64,000 nucleotides of DNA. Source: Octopus sinensis (lineage: Eukaryota). The DNA is taken from assembly GCF_006345805.1 (NCBI RefSeq), contig NC_043005.1, positions 39,618,001 through 39,682,000 on the forward strand, written 5' to 3'. Of the stretch, positions 40,997 to 52,082 are shown piece after piece (within the stretch, counting starts at the first letter, position 1; the number at the start of each line of letters is the position of its first letter). The notes beneath the pieces were generated by a model. The model was not told the DNA's origin, ran no database searches, and saw only the letters and a list, made by a program, of their open reading frames with translations. The position numbers and the translations under genes were made by a program.

Positions 40997-42707
40997 AAAT
41001 GTAGGACAAAAGCCCCCTAGGACAAATGCCCCCGAGGACAAAAGCTCCACGGACAAAAACCTAATAGTTAAAATTTGAAAGTAGACAAAAGCCCCACGGT
41101 TATATTTTTCGATTATTTTTTCGTTTTTTTTTTCACTTTTTACTTGTTTCAGTCATTAGATTGCGGCCATGCTGGGGCACCACCTTGAATAATTTTTAGT
41201 TGAACGTGTCGATCTCAGAATTTATTTTTCCTTTGTACGTGTTACAGTTATTAAACTGCGGCCGGCCATGCTGGGGTACCACATTGAAGAGTTTTTAGTC
41301 CAATGTATCGAGGCTAGAATTTTTTTATTTTTACTTGTTACAGTTATTATATTGCGGCCACACTGGGGCACCACCTTGAAGAATTATTAGTCGAATATAA
41401 CAACAACAGAATTCTTTTTAATGATTTTCAACCAGCGCATGAAGTTAAGCCTAGAAGGTATCCCCACATGCTAGAAATAACAGCCAAATTTCTTGAAATG
41501 TTTTTATAACCCACCTTAGTTTTTTATTTTCTAAAAATCTACAGTCATCGGACTGCAGCCATGCTGAGGCACCAGCTTGAAGAATTTTTGGTCGCAGAAA
41601 AATCAGCATTTTAAAATATATACTTAAAGTCTTTTGCTTTCTTCTCTCATCACTTACATGACAATAAGTTGACCTTTTGAACTTTCTCCGGCCGTTGAAT
41701 GTCTACAGAATGCTAGTCATTCAAACATACTTCTTATCGTTTGCCTAAATAAGGAGATGAGTGTTTCTCCATAAAAATGACAAATTCTGGTTTTTGTGAA
41801 GCAAAAACATGTCAGAGGCATGTGTAATATTTACTTTCATTTTATGTGTATATATTGTCATTCAAACCTACTTCTTATCGTTTTTGTTTCTACACATTTC
41901 TTGATGTAAACGTTTTTCCCCCTTTGTTAGAATTCAGACAATTTGTACATTGAGTGGTAAAGAATCTTGTGTTCTGTTATTCTATTATTGGTGTTAAGTT
42001 GATTCATTTTCATTTTCAAACTTCAAAATTATTCTAAAAACAAGGAAAATAATTCAAACACACGGAAATTACCACTATGAGGAACATAGATGTTTTGACA
42101 CCGTTTTTCAATTGATTATATTTTGTTTAATTAGAAATTGGAAATTTGGAAAGTAATTTTTTATTACAACCACGATTTCCGTTTTTGGTTACGTGAAATT
42201 ATAAAACAGAAAAATTTGTAAGATTTGGCTGTTATTTCTAACACGTGGAGAGACTTTCTAGGCTTAACTTTATGTACTGGTTGAAAATAACCCCAAAAAG
42301 ATTCTGGGGACGATACATTTGACTAAAAACTCTTCAAGTATTCAAAAATTCTTCAGTGACTGAAACAAATAAAAGGATTTTTAAGAAAATAAAAAAGAAA
42401 ACCAAGACTAACCAAAAAATATAGCTGAGGTGGGGTTATAAAAACATTTCAAGAGATTTGGCTGTAATTTCTAGCATGTCGAGAGACCTTCTAGGCATAA
42501 CTTCATGCGTCGGTTGAAAATCATCTAAAAAATTCTGGGGTCGATACAATCGACTAAAAATTCCTGAAGGTGGTGCCCCAACATGGCCGCAGTCTAATTA
42601 TTGCAAGAAGTAGAAAGAAAAGCAAAAATGAAAAAATAATCGAAAAATATAACCGTGGGGCTATTGTCCTAGGAGGCGTTTGTCCGAGGGGCTTTTGTCC
42701 GCACCCC
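40997..42707. mobile_element. 1.7 kb foldback/Mutator-like non-autonomous element with 9-bp TSD
   Basis: ATTATTTTC at 40988-40996 and 42708-42716; reiterated GGACAAAAGCCCC subterminal motifs; ~550 bp imperfect inverted modular arms around an AT-rich core. Confidence 0.85.
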
Positions 42708-43519
42708 ATTATTTTCAGCTAAATAGATAAGAGAAATATTGAATAGAAGCATTGAATGAAGTGCATTTCTCAGGAACACAGCGTGTCACCCAGCCTCCCA
42801 AGAATTGGACACCAGGACTTATGGTTCTAACCCCAACACCCTATCCAAGAAAATTCCAATCAGACTTCTTAGAAGTCTACTTCGTACTGTGCCGTGACAT
42901 GACAAAAATTTTCTTTCTTATATAGTAAAACATGTTCATCAAAGATGGCTTTCCTAGTGACTATGATCATCCACAGAAAATATGCAAGAATGTAATATAA
43001 AACAACCCCAAACAAAAATAAATAATAGTTAAAGCAGATATTAATAAACACACAAATATACACATTGTAGAAAAATGAACATCTAAAATTGTATTTTAGA
43101 AAACACCCTAAAATTATTGGCACCTATACACGTACTTGTAAAACAGAAGTGATGCGAATACAAACTAGACCCTATCATTCACAAGTATATTTTCCAATTG
43201 AAAAACTGGAGACATGAATCATTTCACGAATGAGACAAATCCTCGTCTCAGACATGAATCAATTACCTAGGAGCAACAGAGAAAAATAATGACACACATG
43301 TATCTTGCTAAAATTAAATTCATGTCCTGTGTTACCGAAATTCGGAAATTCTTGGCATTAAATCTCTTTCAGCGAGAGAGAGAGAGGGGGGATAGAGAGA
43401 GGTGAGAGAAAGAATATGATACCACGACTGACATGCAACTGGCGAAAATAGCTCTAAACCATCTCTTCAACACGAAGAACGAGACTGCATTGTCAAAGGT
43501 AAGGTACGTGTTTTAATAT

Positions 43520-44250
43520 GAAGGAACCAAAGCTATTCGATGGACTCGGAAGCAGAAGTACAAAGTGGCAACATAATCTAAAGTGGTCTTTGCCGGACGG
43601 GAATGTATTTATGGTACTAGATTTTAAGCAAATCTATGAGACTTCCCGATGGAATTTTTCAGTGGAATGGATACGGTGTGGAGTTTGGTCCCTACTTTCA
43701 TGGCCTGTTTGTAAATCTTAAAAGAAAATTTGGGATACTACAAAAGAGTGATAACAGCAAATGAAATACGGGCAGCGATAAGTGTTTCTAAGAGGTGCTC
43801 TGTGAGCTTTACAAACATATGCCAGAACTGTCCCCCGACTTCTAAGAGGATGTTACTGTAACTGGAAGGAAAACGGTAGAACTACAAGTTTTGTGAACAA
43901 AGAAAGAGTACAGGAGCTATGGAAGATTACGATCAAAAGATATATATACAAAATAATCTGCAACCCATAAACGCCGATAGCAGAAGTCGATATTTCAGGC
44001 ACTATTAACGAAAGTACTGGAGCTTGCCGTTAATAGTATAGTAGGAAAATGCAGATGTGCACAATTTCAGTCAGACCTATCTCCGACAACTTCCATCTCA
44101 TGTGATACATCTTACAGAGTATAGGTTGTAAACCTGACTTTGGTGGCAATCTGATCATATTGGATTAACCGAACACTTTTGACGGGCGTCAGTCAGTGTT
44201 ACTTGATGGAGTTCCAAAGGCATCCGATTTTGGTCTCATTCCCAATATGT
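43520..44250 (+). mobile_element. Decayed Tx1/L1-clade LINE RT fragment
   Basis: ITANEIRAAIS, ELYKHMPEL and YCNWKENGR resemble the pre-RT and RT start of Tx1 ORF2. Confidence 0.55.
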
Positions 44251-44293
44251 ACTGTTGCATCTACTCAGTAGTCACATTAAATGGTCTCTTATC

Positions 44294-44527
44294 TAAGGCA
44301 GCGAGCTGGCAGAAACGTTAACACGTCGGACGAATTGCGTAGCCGTATTTCCTCTGCCGTTACGTTCTGAGTTCAAATTCCGCCGAGGTCGACTTTTCCT
44401 TTCATCCTTTCGGGGTCGATTAATTAAGTACCAGTTACGCACTGGGGTCGATGTAATCGACTTAATACCTATGTCTGTCCTTGTTTGTCACCTCTGTGTT
44501 TAACCCCTTGAGGGTAATAAAGAAATA
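44294..44527 (+). mobile_element. Full-length young tRNA-derived SINE with 11-bp TSD
   Basis: TSD GGTCTCTTATC at 44283-44293 and 44528-44538; head GGCAGCGAGCTGGCAG..GAGTTCAAATTCC; ends AATAAAGAAATA. Confidence 0.95.
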
Positions 44528-45149
44528 GGTCTCTTATCGGAACATCTAAGATCACTAGCATAAACTGCCACGAATGTTATCTCTCATCTCTTGTGTATGT
44601 ACTAATTCTTGAGACATTACTGCAGAAACTATGGTGTTTATGGGGCATCATCTTTTAAATGAGTCTCGAGAGTCAAGACAGTTATTATTCTCTTCGTCCT
44701 AGCCCTCACAGACTGTTTCAAGTTTCATTTGAAGAAGAAGGTGAGGGTGGAGAGACAGGGCGAGATGCTTGCAAGTGGGCGACAGTAGCGACATTGGTGC
44801 ACGTAAACGGTCCTAATCTACGCATGCACATGTAGGCCATGAATCAACAAAGGAGAAAACAGTTGCTCTTTCTTGTCAGTGTTATGACGTTTCGAGAGCC
44901 TTCCTTGTTCGGCCCGAAACAATTATCCTCTTATTACACGTCCTATATAAGTTTCACCACAACTACTACCACAATCACCACCATGTTTGTAGTTTATCCT
45001 GTTGCACTGTCTTTATTGCTCGTGTTGTCGTTATTATTATTACTAATATTAGTACTGTAGCACACACACATATATATGTATCGCTCTTTTTCTCTCTCTT
45101 TCTCCCTCTCTCTCCTTCTCTCTCTCTCTCTCTCACTCTCTCACCGACC

Positions 45150-45367
45150 ATTGCCCATGCAAAATTCCACCAATGTCCATGGGTCGTATCTATCCATCTT
45201 TTCGCCTTCTTTCATGAATATTCGTGAGTCAAAGGGGCATGCAACGTTACCTATATAGCATATGTAGTGCACCTTGTCCACTACCACTAGGCATTGTCTA
45301 TTATGCTTTAGCACCTGATCTGTTTGGTTATGAAAATCCCAGGAGATTTTGCTAGTCTCCTGATCTG

Positions 45368-45368
<1 letters not shown>
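45150..45368 (-). mobile_element. Older 5'-truncated R4/Dong RLE fragment
   Basis: Minus strand WDFHNQTDQVLKHNR..LVVVDK..GNVACPFDSRI.MKEGEKMDRY matches the WDF.IQTD....NRPD..D...P.D..EK..KY pattern. Confidence 0.75.
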
Positions 45369-45412
<44 letters not shown>

Positions 45413-45413
<1 letters not shown>

Positions 45414-48072
45414 TATGTTTGATTTTTACTTTATGTCTGTACAAGTTGGCTCCAAGTCTCACCCAGAGACCTCAAGATAGAACAGGTTGGAAGTTCACGT
45501 TGTTGTTATGCCTAGTGTGCCATATATTTGGGGGGTTTTTTGGTGTTGTACTAGTGAATGTCTAATACATAAATTTTTTTTAAAAAGTTTGTTTTAAACC
45601 TTGGGATTACATAGAGAGTATTTTGCGTAGGATATGAGCAGTTCCCATGAGCACTATCTTTTGAATTTCTGCCATTTTTGGGTTTCCTGGTATCTGAGTT
45701 AGGTAGCAATCAGCCCCTTTCGCTATCATTCCCAGGGCACCTATGACAACAGGTATTGTTTTAGTCTTCAGGTTCCACATTTTGCTGATTTCTATTTCAA
45801 GATCTTTATATTTGCTCAGGTTTTGGTAGGTCTTGACAGATACGTTTATATCGATTGGGACAGTCATATCAATGAGGAGGCATGTTCTTTGTCTGAAGTC
45901 TTTCAATATGATGTCTGGCCTATTTGCATCTATCTTTCTGTCAGTTTGAATGGTGAAGTTCCAGAGGAGTGAGATGTGGTCATTTTCAAGCACTGGAGGT
46001 GGATTGTGTTCCCACCAGTTTTTTTCATGGGGCAAATCCAGGTCTTTGCAAATTACCCAGTGAATATATTGTGCAGCTCTATCATGCCTGTTGAGGTACT
46101 CTGTAGGCGCTAGAAGACTGCATTTGGAGACATGATCAATGGTTTCATTTTGTTGTCGGCATACACGACATGTTGGGCTACTGCCGTTCTTTAATATGTT
46201 GGCCTGGTAGTTTCTTGTTGGTAGGCATTGATCTTGAGCTGCTATGATAAACCCTTCTGTTTCAGATTTTAAGCCAGAGGCCATTAGCCATTGATGGGTC
46301 AGGGCTTTCTCAATATCTGCATTATTCGCTATCTTTGGGTATTTGCCATAGAGAGGTTTTTCTTGCCATTTATTATTCAGAATATCTAAGGCCGCAGTTT
46401 TGGCACGGGTTTTCATGCGCCTAGCTTTTTCTGTGCTTGTTTCTTGTATGTCTATCTCTAATTCCGAAATTGGTTGTATTCGGAATTCACTTAGATATTC
46501 CTTTGCCTGTTTTGTTACTGAGTATGATGCTTTCTTGTTTTCATGTTTTGAGACAAGTTTTAACATCCAGTCCTCAGAGTTTTTCAGGTAGGTGTCTAGG
46601 CCAATTGTAGCAATCTTCATTGTTATTGCCAGTTGCAAAAGACCACGGCCTCTCTCTTTTCTTGGCAGATAAAGTCGTTCTGTATCTGCCTTAGGGTGGT
46701 GCATTCTATGCATTGTCAACAGTTTTCTTATTTTTCTGTCGGGCTGACATATTTCAGTAATTGACCAGTTAACGATATTGAAACTGTAAGTCACGACTGG
46801 TATGGCTAATGCATTGATCGCTTCGATCCTGTTTCTCGCATTCAGCCCTGTCTTGAGTATTGCTCTCACTCTTCGATAGCATTCTCTCCTGATCCTTTCC
46901 TTCATCTCTGAATGCCTTATTCCGTTCCCTTCAATTACCCCTAGGTACTTGTAGCTCTCCGCTGGGTCTATTCTGCTGGTCAAGGTTAACGTTAGATGTT
47001 TCTGTCATTTTTCCTTTGATAAAGGTAGCTTTTGCACATTTATCGAGGCCGAATTGCATTCTGATGTCGTCACTGAATTGTTTGACTATCGCTAGTAAGC
47101 CCTTGAGTTGTTGGTCATTTTTTGCAAAAAGCTTTAAATCATCCATGTAAATGTGATGATTTATATAATTTTATCAAACATTTTATACCCGTACTGCGCG
47201 TCATTGAGCAGTTTTGAGAGAGGTATTAAGGCTAAACAAAAGAGGAGTGGTGACAGTGAGTCACCCTGGAAAATGCCACACGAAATTTTTACATCACCAG
47301 CATTTAGGGATTCATTGTCACTGTTCAGAGTTAGTGTGGTTTTATATGATCTCATACTTACAGTCAAAAAGTTATACATTTCCAGGCATTTCCTAATCCA
47401 GCTATGTCGTAGGCTATCAAAAGCCTTTTTATAGTCTATCCAGGCTATTGATAAGTTTTTGTGTCGTTTGTGACAATCTTCTAAGATCATCTTATTGATG
47501 AGTAGTTGTTCTTTACAGCCGTAGGATCCACGTTTACATCCTTTCTGTTCATTAGGGAATATGCTGCTGTCTGTTAAAAAACTATAAGTATATTCCATCA
47601 GGACAGATGTTAGCCTTTTGTACATAGTTGTTAAGCAGGTTATGGGTCTATAGTTTTTTGGTTCATTTGTTTCTTCACTTTTTGGAAGCAGGAATGTTAA
47701 CCCATTAACTAGCCAAGGAGGCATCCTAATAGGGTGTTGCAAAACATCATTGTACAGTTCTGTTAGCAGTTCATGGCGCTCTGGGATGGCATTCAGCCAG
47801 AAGTTAGGAATTTTATCCTTTCCTGGAGACTTCCATTTGCTTGACCTCCTGAGAGCAGATCTTATATCTTCTACCTTGACACCCTCCCACTTTTGCTCTT
47901 CTAAGGGGTCCAGTTCTGTAGATATTCTGTCAATCCAGGGGGCCTTTTCGTTGTGTATTTTTTCTTCTGCCCAAATTTTATTCCAAAATCCCTGCACTTC
48001 TTCTTTTGATGGTACAGACCTTGCAGTAAACGCTGTTTTTCCTATAAAATTCTTGGGGTTATTTTTGAACAT
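45413..48072 (-). mobile_element. R4/Dong-clade non-LTR retrotransposon, 5'-truncated: RT, zinc knuckle and RLE with 2 frameshifts (47161-48072, 46931-47146, 45607-46983) and a 195 bp 3' UTR
   Basis: KSPGKDKI, NYRPITCL, EQKGC, DYKKAFDS, GIFQGDSLSPLLF, YMDDLKL, YKYLG, CRVC..ETIDHV.KC, RHD, NRPDII, LIDMTVP and IPVVIGALG; flanked by (TAA)n at 45369-45412 and 48072-48122. Confidence 0.97.
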
Positions 48073-48075
48073 TTA

Positions 48076-48122
<47 letters not shown>

Positions 48123-48123
<1 letters not shown>

Positions 48124-48770
48124 CGAACCTGCCCGAGGTGCTGCCAGGACGACGAAACCGTTCTGCACGCACTCGTCCAGTGTCCGAGTATTGCTGAACT
48201 ATGGGTTTACGTCGAACAGCTACTGTCGCGTATATGATGGACCCGGCTATCAGCTGAATCCATAGTGAAGATTGCCCCGCCGATCTCCTTTAACAGGGAG
48301 AGCAATGCAGTTTTCCTTTGCCTAGTGGCTGTAGCGAAAGAGGTGGTATGGTAGACCCGTTTGAAAGAGCTATGGTCAGACACTTTCCTCTTTGGCCCAG
48401 GCCTCATCAACTTTTTCAAGTTTCACTTGAAAAGGACGATGAGAGTAGAGAGGGAAATGCTGTCCGATAGCAAGTTTAATGAATGGTGGATAAATATCGC
48501 AAGAATGGCCAGTATGAAAGGAGCTATTCTGAGATTACACCTGTGATTTAAAAAGGTAATATAAAACCCCCTTTTTTTGACCAGGCTCCCGTTGGCTTTT
48601 ATGTGTTTTTTCCACCAGGAACCTTTCGTAACGCCTCCCCCTTTTGGGGAGTTTTCATTGTTATAATCTTTCGTTCTTAAACTGTTTTTACTCGGATTTT
48701 TCCCAAACGGACAAAACCTTTTGTAACCTTTCGTCCTGTTTTTGTCAGCCCTTGTGGCCAATAAAAGAAG
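48123..48770 (+). mobile_element. Tx1/L1-clade LINE 3' end (C-terminal CCHC domain and 3' UTR)
   Basis: From 48124: RTCPRCCQDDETVLHALVQCP...AKEVVW..R...LRLHL*, with 2 internal stops; UTR ends GCCCTTGTGGCCAATAAAAGAAG followed by (TTA)(TCA)n. Confidence 0.85.
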
Positions 48771-48778
48771 TTATTATT

Positions 48779-48822
<44 letters not shown>

Positions 48823-48825
48823 TAT

Positions 48826-49103
48826 TTGCTGCGGAGTATTTCAGAAGTGTTTTCGAACGATCCAAGTAAGTCCTTTTAAAAACATTTGTTTACACCCATT
48901 TGGTGCAGATTTTTCGGTTTATATTTTGTTCCAAGTTGTTAATAGCCCTGGGTAGAACTCCCCCTATTGGGGAATTTTGTTGTTAGATTTTTTGTTAACT
49001 GTTTTTATTGTTTACACATTTTCTGGTTTAAACCCCACTTGTCCCTTGTTTTGTATTGTCCCTATATGTTTTTGTTTTCGGCCCTTGTGGCCAATAAAAA
49101 AAG
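48826..49103 (+). mobile_element. Second Tx1-like 3' UTR fragment
   Basis: Ends with the same GCCCTTGTGGCCAATAAAAAAAG terminus; lies between (ATC)n and (AGT/AGC)n tracts. Confidence 0.65.
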
Positions 49104-49109
49104 ATTATT

Positions 49110-49153
49110 GTTATACCAGCAGGAGCAGCGATAGTAGTAGTAGTAGCAGTAGT

Positions 49154-49224
<71 letters not shown>

Positions 49225-49352
49225 CAGTGGCAGCAACAGCAGCTGCAGCAGCAACAGCAAGCAGCAGCAGCAGTAGTAGTAGTAGCAACAGCAACAGCAA
49301 CAGCAGCAGCAGCAGTAGTAGTAGTAGTAGTAGTAGCAGCAGCAGCAGTAGC

Positions 49353-49426
<74 letters not shown>

Positions 49427-49448
49427 TAGTAGTAGTAGCAGCAGCAGC

Positions 49449-49480
<32 letters not shown>

Positions 49481-49490
49481 CAGCAGCAGC

Positions 49491-49528
<38 letters not shown>

Positions 49529-49570
49529 CTCCTGCTGCTGCTGCTGCTGTTCTTGTTGCTACTGCTGTTG
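49110..49570. repeat. (AGT/AGC)n compound trinucleotide repeat
   Basis: Directly visible. Confidence 0.95.
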
Positions 49571-50049
49571 TGGTTGCTAATGTTGCTTTCGTTGATAGTG
49601 ACCGCCGAGTTCCTCAATTAGACCATTTAGCGTTCATAAATTAATAGCGGCGTTCTCATAAGAAGTTTTAATTTTCGTGACAGCTGCAATCTGCATCTCA
49701 AACATGGAGAGTAACAAAAAAATTATTAAACTCGAAGAGGAAAACCTTCTTAAAATCACATTAGCGTCTTGTGTTGACACACCATTTTCTACAGAGCTTT
49801 TTTGCTCGTCATTATTTTATTTTATTTTATAATTAATATTTCTTTTTTTGCTTTTTACTTTTTTTAAATATTTCTTGTCGTTTGTATTGTTTTTTTTTCT
49901 TTATAATTCTTTATTCTCCATTCTATTTCGCATCTTCTCTCGCCACAGTTCCATTCCACACCCCAAACCACAAACCTTAGTACTCGCCTAATCACTACGC
50001 ACGGCTATTAATATCCCTTTGTCCTCGACAGAATTAAAAGGAGAATTAT

Positions 50050-50570
50050 GACATCGATGAGATTAATGATGATGATGATAACGATGATGATGGTGATGGC
50101 GATGATAGTGGTGGTGGTAGTGGTGGTGGTGGTGGTGGTGGTGGTAGTGTTAGTGTTGACGAAGATGATGTTTTATGATGATGATAACGATGATGTTGAT
50201 TCTGGTGAGGATTGTGATGATGGTAATGACGATGATGATTAATGATGATGATGATGTTGATGATGATGAATCTGGTGGTGATGATAGTGATTATGATGAA
50301 TCTAGTGCTAATGATGGTGATGATGAGGAGGAGGACGAAGAAGAAGAGGAGGAAGAAGAAGAGGAGGAGGAGGGTGATGAAGATGATGGTGTGATTAGAG
50401 GCGGATGAGAAGAAGAATAGTGATGGTGGTGGTAGTGATGTTGTTGATGATGCTGGTAACGGTGATGAAGGTGAAGATAGTGGTGAGGGTGGTGTGGTGA
50501 TGGTAGTTATGGTAATGATGGTGGTGGTGGTGGTGATGATGATGATGATGACGACGACGACGACGATGAT
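50050..50570. repeat. (GAT/GGT/GAG)n low-complexity tract
   Basis: Directly visible. Confidence 0.9.
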
Positions 50571-51884
50571 ATTTTTAATCTTTTTTTATATTTTTTGACC
50601 AGTAGAATTTCAAACAATTCTACTCAAAATTTTTCCTTGGTTTTGCAATGTAATTATATTCCTATCAAAAAGGATGTTCACTAATTTGTAAAAAAAAGAG
50701 AAAGAATAAATAAAAATAAAATAAATACAAATGAAAAAAAAAAATTTCAACTGATAATCACAAAATTGTGGATCGAACCCATTAAAATTCCGTCTTCAGA
50801 TTAGTTAGGGAAACCGCACACATCGTATCATTTGTTCGGTGTTTCCATTGATTGAACCTTAATGAGAGTAAAGTTATGATTATTTTAATTTAGATTGGAT
50901 GTAGTGAGGGGGGGGGTCGGTGGTTGTATCAGAAGTGAAGACGATTTTGGTTTTCGTTAAAAAGAATAAGTGTATTAATAATTTATTTCCATAACATACG
51001 AACAATCATTCAATCGATCGATTACTATAATATTTCTGGCGAATATGATTAGAGATATAATGGATCGAATATGATGTTCAGTAATATCCATCCATGGGTG
51101 ATAAGTTTTAGTAACTTGACTTAGGAATAGTGATAAATGGTTGTTGTAACTATTCTGTATGCACGCTTGTGTGCGTGCGTATCTAGCATCTGTGCATTAG
51201 CGATTGGTGATTAATATATCTACAACTATATACGAAAACCGGATAAGCAAGATTTTATCTTTTATTATATGCAAACTGCCTTTGTAACAAATGCAAATCT
51301 ATGACGATTTGATATTAAAATATGAATATTTCTCTTTTAATTTATGATAATTCTAAATGTAAAATGCTATGTTGTTATTAATTAATTTTCATCTTTTTAT
51401 TTACGCATTTATTTTAAATTATTTAATATTATTATTATTATTATTTTCTTATAATTTCTTGCTAATTAATTTGGTTTAAAAGTTATTTAGAATAACTATT
51501 TCCAATGAGAGGAAATAATAATTTGGTGGGTTAAGCCTCTGATGTACAGTCTTAAAAACAAAGGTAAAATTTCCTCTTCAATCCCATTTTTCATTAACTT
51601 TCTCAAGCAGAGAGTGTATATAACATACTACAAAAATTCGTTATTATAATTAACATAGAATAAGCCAAGCAGACATCAGAAATATTGTGATGTGAAGCAT
51701 ATGAGAATCATATTATTAGAAGAATTTAAAAAGAAAGATAGAATTCAGTGCAAGAAGTACAAATCAAAAGAAGAGCGCAGAATGAATTAAGGAATTATGC
51801 AATCTCGCTCAGTGGTGCTCCAGGAAACCTCAGTAGTGTAAATATTAAAAATCTATATAATTATAATTTATAATAATGTATTCT

Positions 51885-52082
51885 GTCAGCTCGCGGTAGC
51901 AGAATCGATACCGCGGCTGACAAAACGCTTAGCGGTATTGATTCCGGCATTTTACTTTCAAATTCCGGCGAGATCAATTTTACCTTTCATTCTTTCTGGG
52001 TCGGTAAAATAAGCACCAGTTAAACACTGAGGTCGGTGTAATCGACTTACCCACTTACCGAAATTAATGGTCTTGTGCTAAA
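51885..52082 (+). mobile_element. Decayed tRNA-derived SINE
   Basis: GGTAGCAGAATCG..TTCAAATTCCGG..GTCGGTGTAATCGAC. Confidence 0.75.

Noticed and set aside
44870-44930. Minus-strand CTCTCGAAACGTCATAAC, a hammerhead 3' half
   Set aside because: The CUGANGA half is missing (CCGAACA); at most a dead relic.
43520-48770. Idea that the Tx1 RT relic and the Tx1 3' end are one element split by the SINE and Dong
   Set aside because: Decay levels are very different, and the 3' piece starts cleanly at a microsatellite.
50048-50408. Acidic poly-D/E ORF
   Set aside because: GAT/GAG repeat with stops and no unique context.
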